Positions 1 through 11,866 of a stretch of 64,000 bases of DNA are shown in pieces (the first letter of the stretch is position 1; the number at the start of each line of letters is the position of its first letter). The position numbers and the translations under genes were made by a program. The stretch lies in contig NW_024704743.1 in NCBI RefSeq assembly GCF_018977255.1, positions 112,160,001 through 112,224,000 of the forward strand, given 5' to 3'. The notes under the pieces are model-generated. The model searched no databases. It saw only the letters and a program-made list of their open reading frames with translations, and had not been told where the DNA came from. Origin of the DNA: Callorhinchus milii (Eukaryota).

Positions 1-121
1 AGATATTACAGATCAAAGCCTTTTGTGCACTGTAAAAATTTTACCTGGAGATTGAGAGGTTTCGCAAGCAATTGTTGGAGAAGTATTTGTAGTATTTGAG
101 AAGTTTGAAGATTACTGTGTT

Positions 122-345
122 TGGGATTAGGGTAATGCAATGGTCAAACTCCTTTCACCTCTGTTACTTGGGTTTGAATTTGGCTTACTTGATGAGATGA
201 AGGTTCTTCTCTCTCACTCTCTGTTATTGAAATATTTGAAACACATATTTTCCTTGCTGTGTAAATGAACTGTTAACAGCCTGCAGTCGGGATTTCAACA
301 AAACACAAAGCTGATAGCAACTTGTGACTGAGAAACTGCTAGTTT
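122..345 (+). mobile_element. Very old LF-SINE-like relic (5' part)
   Basis: GGTAATG...CCTTTCACCTCTG..ACTTGGGTTTGAAT resembles the LF-SINE head as I recall it. It shares motifs with the element at 47900-48590. Confidence 0.35.
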
Positions 346-1149
346 TATGTGTGCATGTGTTTCTACTGAAATATAAGGAGTAACATTAAAGTTATACCAA
401 AAAACAGATGTTTCACAACAACTGTGGAAATAAAGTCCTGCTTGTCATTTAGTATTGGAAGCCCTTATATTTCCCAGTCTGAATTCTGATTTGCTGGGAG
501 CTCAGGAGAGCTCTACTAACATAAAACTCTGTGCAAATGGACACCTCTGGTAACCGATGTTGAACCGGGTCAGTTTTCTAAAGAATCACGAGAGTGGGGG
601 ACCGAGAGAATTCAAGAGTGGAGGCTGTATGAATTTGCAATGTATGATTATAATACAAAGCTGCAGAGGGCATTCTAGCATAAACCACTTCTGAAAGTGT
701 TGTTAGCAGATTCGCTTTGAGTCTACAATGTGAAAAAGAGCAGTATTAGAGGGCTTTAGAAATGTGACTGAATTTGCAGTGCTTAATAAAAGGTACAAAA
801 CACATTATTGCGGTATTTACCACTGCATTCATTCATTTTATGATTAATTGCATTAATATTGCTAAAACAGTTCAGTCCTTGGCATTTTATTACAAGATTA
901 CTAATGAAGTCTATGAAGTCTACTTGTACAAAATATTTTCTCAAAAACATAAGTTAATCTCATGCAGCATTGGAGATATAGCTAGATCATCATCGTTAAT
1001 AACGTATTGCTTGTATAACCTACATACAATATGTAAATATTTATTTCACATCATTTGAATTTTCAATATGCATTTACAATGGTAAGGCAATATTTGGTAC
1101 AGTTAGCAAATGGAGCAAAATAGTCTCTCATTATCATTGACGTGACATA

Positions 1150-1560
1150 ACGAGGCTGCCTAAGTTCCAGAGTCCATGCAGAGGAGAGCAATGAGGATGC
1201 TCTCTGTTGTTAGAGGAAGACTGCTATGAGCAATGATCAGACAAGCTAGGGGTCTTAAGTCTTGAAAAGAGACTTGTCAGAGGGGACTTTACGGCGATAT
1301 ATACAATTTTTATGGGATTGAGGAAGTAAACCCAGAGCAAGATTTTTAAATACACTATGGCGGCATAACAAGAGGCCACATGTTTAGAATTCCAAAGGGC
1401 AGTTTCAGGACAGAAACCAGGAAGCATTTCCTAATCCAGAGGATAAATAATGAGTGAAACAGGTGACCAGGAAGAGTAGTCAAGGACAGGACACGGGACT
1501 CACTTAAAAATACTCTTGACGCTGCATGTGGTCAGGCAGGTATTCTTGAAGGATGGTAGA
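1150..1560 (+). mobile_element. CR1 LINE, decayed 3' ORF2 fragment
   Basis: Translates to LGVLSLEKRLVRGDF...TRGHMFRIPKGSFRTETRKHF, matching the CR1 C-terminal motifs SLEKRRLRGD and TRGH. Stops and frameshifts present. Confidence 0.75.
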
Positions 1561-2214
1561 TGCTGTGCGGAAATGGGGGCTGAACTTGCGTAACATCCAG
1601 TGTCGTTGGTTCTCACTGATGACTCACCATGAGTGAGTGATGTACTGGTGTACTCTCAGTGGACTGGTCCCAGCACTGGGTCTCTAAGGGTGGACTTCAT
1701 GCTTGCAGTTGTGACTGTACAGAGGTGGGGCGAATAGCAGCAGTCGAGAATGTGTTGCGTCATCCATCAATCATTGTTCCCTGTGGGACGTCCCCTCACC
1801 TCATCTCCACACTTGGGGGCTCACAATGTGTGCAAAGAATGGAAAAAATCAAGGATACAAATTTACAACAGCAAAGCTCTTCGCTCACCATGGTATTACT
1901 GTCAGGATCATACTCTTTCACAATATTCTCCTTTGCATTTCATTTTGCAAATAGAAACTGACAAAAGTGACAGCTTTGCATGTTATTTGTGTCTGCTTCT
2001 TGCTGTGTATTCACACTGTTTTTTAAATAAGGTTCTTTGGAACAAATTGCACACCGGAATATCGGAAATAGACAAGAATTATTTGAGTGGGGGAAATCGG
2101 TAGGTATAGAATAGACTGCAAAGAATACCAAGTAGCTGTGCATGAGAGGAACAAGATATGGGGGAATCAGGAACTTGAACATTCCTTCATTCATTCAACA
2201 AAAAGAATGCTGGT

Positions 2215-2601
2215 GTCAGCTTGGCTCAGTTGGTAGGACTCTTGCTTTAGAGTCAGAAGGTTGTGGGTTCAAGCCCCACATTGCAACCTTGAGCTCATAG
2301 TGTACGATGACGCTCCAATATTGTGCTGGATGAGGCTTTACATTGTAAGACGTTCTGAGTTTCTGAGGAGATGTTAAACCAAGGTACTGTCTGCCTATTC
2401 GGGTTGACATTAAAGGTTCAGTGGAATTATTTGAAAAGAGAAGGGAGTTTCTCCTGGCTGACAATCTCCCAGATTTTAAAAAATGGGCAAAAAATGGCTG
2501 TGTGTGGGATATTGTGTGCAGGTAGGCTACTCTGTTACTCTATAAAATACACAGTTGCTAAACATTATACATTGCATATCAAATGCAAGGATTATTATTA
2601 T
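2215..2601 (+). mobile_element. SINE family B (tRNA head + Deu-domain-like body + L2-type tail; SacSINE1/DeuSINE-like)
   Basis: Head GTCAGCTTGGCTCAGTTGGTAG...GGTTCAAGCCC (Pol III A/B boxes), body GAGATGTTAAACCAAGG..TCTGCCT, tail CAAATGCAAGGATTATTATT. Many sister copies in the window. Confidence 0.85.
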
Positions 2602-3544
2602 TTTGATGTTATAAGTGCTATATCAAGGATTAAACAATGATCATTATAACTTATTGTAACAAGTTGTACTGTAACATCAATAAGTCGTTTGAATTCAGGC
2701 TTTTATGTGTAAATTAAGTCACTACAGTTTGTTAGTAGATGAATACATAATCCATCATTCTGAACTTTGAGTCTGCAGAAGAGTGGATGCTCTAAATCTC
2801 CATATGCTCTATTTAATGTAAAGTGTAGTCAGCAGAAGAAAAAGAGATTAACAGAAGCACAGTGCCAATTTATACAATGATTATTAAAAACAGCAATCAT
2901 TTTTCTGGTATTTCCCATAAAAAAAATTTCAGCAAATGGTAGTCTACACTTTATAAAAGATATGGTTTAGCAAATTTCTATCCTGACTTTTGCTGGAGTT
3001 TGCCATTAGGTCATTGCTCTATTGTATTCAGATATGAAGCCATCAAGACAAAAATATAGAGCTCTCACGATTCTTCACCCTTTCCAGCCACCTAGACAAT
3101 ACGGCCTCTTTACCCAAGGAAGAATGAAGGTGTAACTGAGGGAGGGGTGCTCTGGGGCATGGGCTCGAGGTCAGAGAAATGATTGGGATTCAAAGCTGAA
3201 TTATTCCAGGCTTCAAAGCCACACAGAATGCATTAAGCCTTCATGCTTTGTGATGCTGTTAAATTCATACATTTCATCACGCAATAAACAACTGGAAAGG
3301 CCAAAGGTTCACCAAAAGAGTTTTGATTAGCAATAAATAATATTGATTTCTGGAATGATTATAAAAATATATTTTTTTTACATTTTAAAGCTGGCTGTAT
3401 TTAGTTGGAACCGGATGAATTATCACATTTCAAAATGTTTATAGTATCTCATTTGAATTTTTACCGTACAGCATATTGTGTTAAACAAACGTGCCACAAA
3501 GCATTTTTACCACACAATAACTTGTAGGGTCAAAGTGACACAAA

Positions 3545-3678
3545 GTTCTCCTACAAAACACAGTCACTGCACTTTACAGTAAAATCTTGTGAAATGCTTT
3601 GAAATGTCCTCCTGACATGAAAGATGCCATATCAAATACGGGGATTATTTATGATTATTATTATGATTATTATTATTA
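3545..3678 (+). mobile_element. SINE 3' tail fragment with (TTA)n
   Basis: CAGTCACTGCACTTTACAG...CTGACATGAAAG..CCATATCAAAT followed by TTA repeats. Confidence 0.75.
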
Positions 3679-3784
3679 GAGCATCTGAAATTATCATGGT
3701 TGAATAGTTTGAGATTAAACAAATATGGTGGAAGCCGCTTTAGCCAGACAGCAGTTAAAGAGGAAGCTAATTTTGTACTCAGTA

Positions 3785-4083
3785 ATGTTCCTCAAACAAT
3801 AATGAAGTGAATGACCAATTTTATCGAGGGAATTACCGGTTAGAAACACCAGGAGAAATTCCCTTCCCTTTCATATAGTGCCATGGGATCTTTACTTGAA
3901 CAGGCAGACGAGACCTCAGTTTAACATTTCATCTGAAGGATGGAACCTCCGACAATGCCACGCTCTCCCATCACTACCCTGCAGTGCCATCTTAGACTAT
4001 AAGCTCAAAGTCTTAATATGGGGCTTGAACCCACAACCTTTTGACTCAGAGGCGAGATTTCTACCGACTGAGCCAGGCTGACA
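3785..4083 (-). mobile_element. SINE family B, tail missing
   Basis: Reverse complement of the family B head and Deu-like body (GTGCCATGGGATCTTT on the plus strand). Confidence 0.85.
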
Positions 4084-4937
4084 AATAGCAACAATTTGGA
4101 TTATTTAAATGATTTATGAAAGTCCCTGTTCCAAGACAGTACCTGAGGGCAGTGACAGAGGGTGTGATCAAAAATGTCACTTTGCTGCGGCTTGTCACTG
4201 AGCTCTAAGAACATCCCGAGTGCCATCATATTTAATTTACGTTACTCAGTGGTTGATGGGACCACGTTTATACTATAATTTTAATTCGACCACATAGTAC
4301 TTATTCAGTTAAAAATGCTTTGCACACTTCCCCCTGTGTCAATCTGCGTCACTTTCTAATCACTATGGAGAAGCACGATATAAATCTGTGACAATGCAAT
4401 CCATCAAAGTAAAGCAAGCTGTGCTGGTCTACAATTCTGCAGGAGCTTGGTGGACATATAGACAATATAACCCTTACACGACAGAGTGACATACAGATGT
4501 GAAAAGGAGATGTTTTCCTAAAAGAACAATAAATAGTAAGGAATATATAATCTGATGAAAAATGATGCCTATATAAACTAAAATAAATTGATATCTTGAG
4601 CAGCATATGTGAAGAGTTTATCCACAAAGAGGGTTCATGAGTTGGAGGATGAATTAACCCAAATCTCTCATACAGAGGTTTCTAGAAGCATAGAAAGTTA
4701 CTTACCACCCCCCCTCTCTCTTGTCAGATAGTGGTATGAAACACTAGTGGAAAGCAATAGAAAAGATCATGCCCTATAAATCATCTTTTATATTTCTTTT
4801 CCATGTGCCACGGACCACTCTGACAAAGGGGATTGGAGTAGGAAGGCAAATTACCCCAAACCTTCTTGTAGAGTGCCTTGGGACATTCTCCTGACATGAA
4901 AAGCACTACATAACTACAATTTGTTGTTGTATAGAGA

Positions 4938-5360
4938 TTATAATGATAATCCTTACATTTGATATAACACCTTTCATATCTAAAGGACATCTCAAAGTGC
5001 TAGACAGGACATACTGTTAAATTAAGTGACTGTAGGCAAACATGGCAGCCAATTTATACACATTAATGTCTCAAAATCAGTCATGAAATGTTTGACCAAT
5101 GTTTTATGTGGGGGATTATTCACGAGGATATTGGAAAAAACTCCCACCGGAAACATCCACCTGAACGGTCAAATGAGAAATAAAGTCAAATGAGATCTTG
5201 TTTTCATGTCTCATCAGAAGGATTGCACCTCTGTCAATGCAGCGGTCCCTTTGCACTGCGCTGGAGTGTCAGCCTAGACTATGAGCTAAAATTCACAAGG
5301 TTGGGCTTCAACCCATAATTTTCTGACTCAGAGGCAAGAATTTTAATCCAAGCCTGGTTG
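4938..5360 (-). mobile_element. SINE family B, near full length
   Basis: Runs from ATAATCCTTACATTTGATAT (tail) to CTGACTCAGAGGCAAGA (head) on the plus strand. Confidence 0.8.
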
Positions 5361-5377
5361 AAACCCCCAGGTTTGGG

Positions 5378-5688
5378 TCTTTTAGCTCATAGTCCAGGCT
5401 AACATTGACTGAGGTGCCATCTTTGGGTGAGATCTTAAACATCTGTCTATTCAGCAGAATGTTAAAGATCGCATGGCACTATCGAAAAAGAAAAGGGAGC
5501 CTCTCCCAGTGTCTTGGCCAACACTACTCCAGATTAATTGGTCATTCACCTCATCGCTCTCTGTGGGACATTGCTGTGCACAAATAACTATTGCATTTGG
5601 CATAAAAATGGTGACTACACTTGACAGTAATTACTTACATGTACTTAAGACATTTCAACATGTTAAGGCAGCATAAATTGTTTCTTTC
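5378..5688 (+). mobile_element. SINE family B, older copy head-to-head with the previous one
   Basis: GATCGCATGGCACTAT..GTCTTGGCCAAC..TGTGGGACATTGCTGTGCACAAAT; ends in TTTCTTTC. Confidence 0.7.
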
Positions 5689-6664
5689 CTGCAATATCCA
5701 CATTGTTGCATATAATCTGATGCTTAAACATTCAGAGTAATGGCTCGTGAAGTGCCATTTTAACAAGAGTATCTTTAAAGTTGGTGACAGACAACCCTCT
5801 CATTCTGGAAAGTAAGTTTCTTAATATCTGTCCCTTTTTACCTGCAGATTGAGAGGCACAAACTATTATTGTTGCTTGGTTTGGAAAAAACATTCTGTTT
5901 GCAACTCAAGCACTAAGCACACAATTCAATTGTAGCATTCGACAAGCTTCACACTACAATGTAATCTCACGCTCACTGCACTCATTGAGAATACTAGACT
6001 TCTTCCCACTGACCAACACTAATGGAGGTTTTTCACTTAACTGGATAAAAGGTTTGTGAGGTTTTTCTCTTCCACAGTCCACAGAAGTCCTTACTATAGG
6101 ATTAGACTAGCATCAAGACTGGACAAGGAACCAATACCATCACAGAATAAATTAAGACTATTACATATGATGTGTGGCATTAGAGTTTTCAGAAGCAGAG
6201 CATAGCAAAGATCCAAGACAAAATCAGAACAAAAGTTTAGACACCAACATGCACCACAGTATTGATGAAAAGGATCTCTGTATCCAGAGAAATGAGGCAC
6301 TGTCTTTCAGACATAGAGGCCTAAAAATCTCCTTTTCCTTCTATTCACAAAAAGAAAGCAGAGGGGAAACTATTCTTACATAGAGCCTTGGGATCCTAAT
6401 CAGTCCATTCAGGCAAATTGCCATCAGAGAACTCACTGGCTAAAAAGCCCCAGGCCAAGATGTTAAAGAGGAACAACCAGAGGGAATTTTGGGATATGGA
6501 TTAATTGAAGAGGAATGTCTACCCTACCCTCTACCCCACACAGATAGAAATTCATTCTGGTTGTAAATAAGTGGCTTTTTTCCCGTTTTTTTCAAACTGT
6601 TCTCTCACCAGTTGACTTCTTAGAATAATGAGGATGTTAAAATTGTTAGAAAAAATGAGACTTT

Positions 6665-6979
6665 ATAATAATAATAATAATCCTTGCATTTGATATAGCG
6701 CTTTTCATGTCTTCTCGATGTCTCAAAGCGCTTCACAGAATAGACTGTAAAGTGAATTGACTGTATATTTGTGGGCAAAACGTGGCAGCCAATTGCGCAC
6801 AGCAGTGTCCCACAAACAGTCGTGGATTGAAAATGACCAATTTATTATTTTTTTTGGAGGGATTATTATTAGGTGTGTGGAGTAAGGAAACTCACCCAAG
6901 GTTTCACCCTGCCTGGAATTGAACCCAGGTCTTTTGCTTGCAAGGCGAGTGCTCTAACCACTGAGCTACAGGACTCCAC
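6665..6979 (-). mobile_element. SINE family A, short subfamily (SINE2-1_CM-like)
   Basis: Reverse complement of GTGGAGTCCTGTAGCTCAGTGGTTAGAGC...CAAATGCAAGG(ATT)n. Lacks the ~60-bp internal segment of the long copies. Confidence 0.9.
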
Positions 6980-7059
6980 CTTTAAAGATGTTTCGGAAGA
7001 AAGAATTAGGTAAAAAAGAATGGGATGTTCCCTATTGAGAACATTGAAAGATAAAGCCT

Positions 7060-7445
7060 AATTCAGTTGATAACACTATTGCCTATGGATCAGAAGGTTT
7101 GGATTATGAACTCATCGACTAAGCTGGAGGAGAGCTGCATTGTCAGTCTGCCGTCCTTCAGATGCGACTTTAACAAAGGTTCACTCTGCCTATTCAGGTT
7201 GAAGATCCCATGGCACGATTCGAAAAGAGAAGGAAGCTTCAACCGTGCCTTCAGCTCCCCTCTCGACTCTCTACCCCCTGCACGCTCCCTCCCTTCCCTC
7301 CCCTCACCCTGACCATTTCCCCCCTACTCGGGTCCCGACCCAACTGTCCAGTGCCTTGGGACATCCTCCATAGTGAAAGGTGCTCTATAAATGCAATCTT
7401 GTTGTTGTTGTTGTTGTTCTCGCTGTACCCTAGCCAACAGCCCTT
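7060..7445 (+). mobile_element. Decayed SINE family B interrupted by an L2 3' end
   Basis: Body runs to GATCCCATGGCACGATTCGAAAAGAGAAGG and resumes after 7418 with CTCGCTGTACCCTAGCCAAC. Confidence 0.6.
7237..7418 (+). mobile_element. L2 LINE 3' end (family L2-1)
   Basis: C-rich 3' UTR, ACTGTCCAGTGCCTTGGGAC..., AATCTT(GTT)n tail; same as the end of 22180-23349. Confidence 0.8.
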
Positions 7446-8415
7446 CATCTCAGAAATACCAGTCCAAATTATTTGGAAACCCAAACCTTGTTCATGAAAC
7501 AGGCAATGAATTAAGGCTATCGTTACAACCCTGGGAAAGCCAAGAAAGCCAAGCGTCAAACTACTTGTCCAAGTGAGTTCCTAAAGGTTCCAGGTGCTGG
7601 AGCTCTGCTCCACCAGGTCCAGCCTCATTGATGTTTCAGGCCTCATGTTAAAGGAGCCAGATCATACAGCAAAGCTACACCAGGTGTATAATTGAACTGA
7701 ATTATCTTTGGCTTTGACGGAAGACAGCTGAGCTGCTCACCTTCATGATGTATCGGCATCTCGGTGTCAGACAAAACCTTTACAGTATCTTTAGCTGTAT
7801 CAGATGTAATCTTGTGCTCCGAGTGGCTGTGTGTGTATTCAGCCACAGAGCTCCCCAGGCAAAGCAGTATAGTTGTATTGACAGATCCTTCTTCAGTGCC
7901 TCCTGGGTATCCTTTACTATTGAGTTTTTAAATGTGTTGAATAGTTTGTACGCTCTAAGTGTGTCTGGTGTATAACTTGTTTCAATAATGTATCACGTCC
8001 TGCTTTGGCTTGTTGTGTTTTTTTTTGCTGCACTCGAAATGATTCGAAATGTGACCCTTCATTTGAAATATACAGCTGAAAGGTTCCCAACCTTTGCTCT
8101 TCAATCAGCTCTACAATGGGTCTGAACTCCTAATGTGTACAGCTCCTTGAATAAAACTAACTTCAATAACAATGTTCCAGGACCTCCACAATGGGACTTC
8201 TCCTGTTTCGCAGAGATTTATACCCATCACCTTGACATGGCGTTTAGGGTTTTAACAAATAACTGGTAATAAAGGTTTGTTATGCTTGGATGCAAATTCA
8301 AATCGATTCTCTGTCCTTCTCATTGTTGTTTATGGGGCTTTGCTGGCACAGATTGGCTGCTTATATAACGTTTACTTTTACATAAAAAGTGCTTTGTAAG
8401 TGCAGATTATAATCT

Positions 8416-8783
8416 GTGGAGTCCTGTAGCTCAGTGGTTACAGCACTCGCCACACAAGCGAGAGACCTGAGTTCGATTCCCGGCAGGGTGAAATGTTGGG
8501 TAAGTTTCCTTACTCCACCTGCCTCTGTTTACCTATCAATAAATAGGAACCCGGCTGTTAGTCAATTGGCGGATTGCTTTTCTGGGGATAATAATCCCTA
8601 AAAAAAATATAATAATTTGGTCAATCCATAACTGTTTGTGGGACACTGCTGTGTGCAATTGGCTGCTGCATTTCACCCACAAATATAGAGTCAATTCACT
8701 TTACAGTGTATTCTGTGAAGTGCTTTGAGATGTCTAGTGTACGTGAAAAGCGCTATGTCAAATGCAAGGATTATTATTATTAT
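8416..8783 (+). mobile_element. SINE family A, long subfamily, full length
   Basis: tRNA-like head, CORE-like segment, Deu-like 3' body and (TTA)n tail. Confidence 0.9.
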
Positions 8784-8789
8784 TTCATA

Positions 8790-8895
8790 TATTATATCGC
8801 ATTTAATGTCAGGAAGATGTCTCAAAGCACTTCACAGAATTTTACTGTAAAGTGTAGTGACTGTACTTCGTAGGTGAATGTGGCAGCCAATTTAC
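8790..8895 (-). mobile_element. SINE tail fragment, tail-to-tail with the previous copy
   Basis: TGTCAGGAAGATGTCTCAAAGCACTTCACAG...GGCAGCCAATTT on the plus strand. Confidence 0.75.
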
Positions 8896-9004
8896 TCAAG
8901 AAGCTGATGTGTGAGCAAATGCTGTGAGCCACGCCAAGACCCTTCAGGAGCCTCAGGTGGCTTGTGGTTCTGTGGTTTGACAATGTTGTGCTGGGGTAGA
9001 CTTG

Positions 9005-9120
9005 TTTATTAGTCAGCTGGATGTCCGACATATGGGGACCACCCATTACCAAACCATACAGAGATTTCCATGCATCCCACCCACGCATGGAAATTCCCAT
9101 GCATTAGAATGATGCTGGAT
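9005..9120 (+). repeat. Unclassified ancient repeat family C, copy 1
   Basis: GAGATTTCCATGCATCCCACCCACGCATGGAAAT and its upstream context are shared with 39280-39430. Confidence 0.65.
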
Positions 9121-9374
9121 TACCCCCACCCCCTGCCACTCCTTTCAATAGTACCAAGTCACTGGCTGCACTACGCGTTGCATCACTACTTCAGGGTATT
9201 GAATTGGCTGATTAGTAAGATGTCAACTTTTCTCTGACTTATTTTGTTCAGCCAACCCAATATCCCTCTATCTGGCAGTTCAGGCCTACGATCTACAAGT
9301 CCAATATTTGGTCTGCTGATTGGTTTGACAGTTACAAAGGGTGTTATTATACCCAGGGGCTAGTGAATGCCATT

Positions 9375-9800
9375 CTGGCTCAGTCAGCAACACTGTCACC
9401 TCTGAGTCGGAAGGTCGTAGGTTCAAGCTCACGTTGAGACATTGAACTTAAGCTGAAACTTCAATACAGTGCTGGGAGGTGTTCCACATTTTTGGATGTG
9501 TTCTGATGAGACGTTAAACCAAGATCCCATCAGTTTGTTCAGGTGAACGTAAAAGATCCCATGGCATTATTGTAAAGAAAAGGGAGTTTCTCTAGTGACC
9601 TGGCCAACAAACCCCCAAATAAAATTGGTTGTTCAATTCGTGCCTATTTGTGGGATGTTACTGTGTGCAAATTAGCTGCCGTGTTTGCCTACAAAATACA
9701 GTCACTGCACTTTATGATAAATCCTGTGAAGCTCTTTGAGGCATCCTCCAAATGTTAAAACGGCTGTGTCAAATGCAAGAATTTTGCTACTATATTATTA
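9375..9800 (+). mobile_element. SINE family B, full length
   Basis: Head TGGCTCAG..CTCTGAGTCGGAAGG, body GATGAGACGTTAAACCAAG..AAAGATCCCATGGC, tail CAAATGCAAG. Confidence 0.85.
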
Positions 9801-10387
9801 TGAAGATGTCGATTACTATAAAACTATGTTTTCCAATGCACATGTTTGTTAGCTCATCACACATTTTAAATTTGTACCTAAAGGTATGTAAGTTTTAGTT
9901 TGACTATGTTGATTATGGGAAGTTGAAAAATGACTTCTTTGTATCATAATATGGTAAGTATGATAAGAGTATCACAGGTTTTATAGCTAATCTTTGGCAC
10001 AATTACTTGAATTTTCCTCACCTTGTCATAAAGTGATGGGGAGAGCTTTTCACTGGTCCAAATTTTCCTTGATCTAAATGAGTTGTGTGCCTACATTGTA
10101 ATTCATGAGCTTATTGATATCTCTGACACTGCTGATTTCCAGATGGACTTGTCATTTTGATTTCTACTCAAAGATTTGTTGCTCTACTTTCCTCTGATAA
10201 CAATATTTAGTAAAGGGCAGATATCCAACGTCTTCTGTCTGAAATCATTCCAAACCATAATTACGTCAAGAAGGAAAGTGAATCTTCCGGTTGATCTACA
10301 TGTAACTAGTATCTGACACAAAGGCTGTGCCTTAAAAACTGCTACAAGTGGTTCCAACAGAAACACAGAACATACGTTATGTCTTGC

Positions 10388-10712
10388 TTAATAACAATAT
10401 TCCTTGCATTTTGATGTGGCACCTCATCACATCTTTGAGACATCTCAAAGGATTTCATGGGTTTACTGCAAAGTGTAGTAACCATGGAATTTGTTGGCAA
10501 AGTCAGTAGTCAATTTGCACGCAACAATATCCCCCCACAAAAAGCCATGAAGTGAACAAACTATTTATATGAAAGATTCTTGGCCATAGAAAGCTGCACT
10601 TTTTGAAAAGTGTCACAGGATCTTTAACATGCACCTGAACAGGCAGACAGGACCTTGGTTTGACATCTCATCCAAATGACAGCATCTCTGACAATGCGGC
10701 ACTCCTCTCAGT
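10388..10712 (-). mobile_element. SINE family B, 5'-truncated
   Basis: Reverse-complement tail and Deu-like body. Confidence 0.8.
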
Positions 10713-10827
10713 GGCTAGCCGTTTGCTTACAAAATACACAGAGTGTTGCAATAAAATCCTGGGAAGTGCTTTGAGACATCCACCCGACTTAAAAAATGCT
10801 GTGTCAAAATGCAAGGATAATTATTAT
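10713..10827 (+). mobile_element. SINE tail fragment abutting the previous copy in inverted orientation
   Basis: GCCGTTTGCTTACAAAATAC...TCAAAATGCAAGGATAATTATTA. Confidence 0.75.
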
Positions 10828-11049
10828 ATCTAGCTTCTTTGTACCAAATGCTTGTAATCATATGAACATGCATCACCTAAAGTGCTATCAGGAAAATTAA
10901 AGCCTTTCCCATTTACTGTGCCATTCTCTTATTTTGTGTTCCTTAAATTCATTTAAAACATTAATAACAAACAGTTTACCTCTCTTCTTTTCTGCCTGCT
11001 CCCTTCTGGAAAATGTCATAGACATAAGAGTTCTTGTTATTAGAGATCC

Positions 11050-11280
11050 TTTTGGAGGGATAATAATCCCTCCAAAAACAAAAAACAATAATAAATTGGT
11101 CATTTTCAATCTACGACTGTTTGTGGGACATTGCTGTGCGCAATTGGCTGCCGCGTTCGCCCACAAATATACAGTCAATTCACTTTACAGTCTATTCTGT
11201 GAAGCGCTTTGGGACGTCCTCCCGACGTGAAAAGCGCTATATCAAATGCAAGGATTATTATTATTATTATTATTATTATC
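11050..11280 (+). mobile_element. SINE family A, 5'-truncated at an internal hairpin
   Basis: Begins with a perfect 12-bp inverted repeat, then a CpG-rich (young) 3' half and a long (TTA)n tail. Confidence 0.9.
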
Positions 11281-11304
11281 CTTTGTCAGCAAGCCTTTAC
11301 TAAG

Positions 11305-11620
11305 GTGGAGTCCTGTAGCTCAGTGGTTAGAGCACTTGCTTTGCAAGCAAGAAACCTGGATTCGATTCCCGGCAGGGTGAAACCTTGGTTAAGTTTCCTT
11401 ACTCCACACGCCTGATAATAATCCCTAAAAAAAAACGATAATAAATTCGTCATTTCAATCCACGACTGTTTGTGGGACACTACTGTGCACAATTGGCTGC
11501 TGCATTTTGCCCACAAATATACAGTCAATTCACTTTACAGTCTATTCTGTGAAGCACTTTGAGATGTCTAGAAGACGTGAAAAGCACGATATCAAATGCA
11601 AGGATTATTATTTTTATTAT
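11305..11620 (+). mobile_element. SINE family A, short subfamily, full length
   Basis: Full head; junction ACTCCACACGCCT|GATAATAATCCCT. Confidence 0.9.
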
Positions 11621-11866
11621 CTATTATATATCCTGTTCAAATTGTAGACTTCCTTTTATTGGCTCTCTACTGTATTCACTGCTAACATCTTTTTCCCAGC
11701 GACACACTATTCTCCCAAGTGTGCTGTGCAAATACAAAGCTCTACTCGAGTGTTCCCCTCAGATATAATTTGCCTAATTCATACGTCAAATATGCATTTC
11801 AGGATGAATAGTTAAACTTCTGAAATCTGGAATTATTTATTGTTTTGTTCAAATATATCTTTTGAA

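Noticed and set aside
4400..4700. Possible very old CR1 3' end
   Set aside because: Similarity is too weak to support by eye.
8416..8490. Cloverleaf-like sequences (also at 6905-6979, 11305-11380, 13600-13674, 20175-20245, 56810-56872) as tRNA genes
   Set aside because: The acceptor stem is incomplete, there is no adjacent T-run terminator, and each runs into a SINE body and tail. They are SINE heads.
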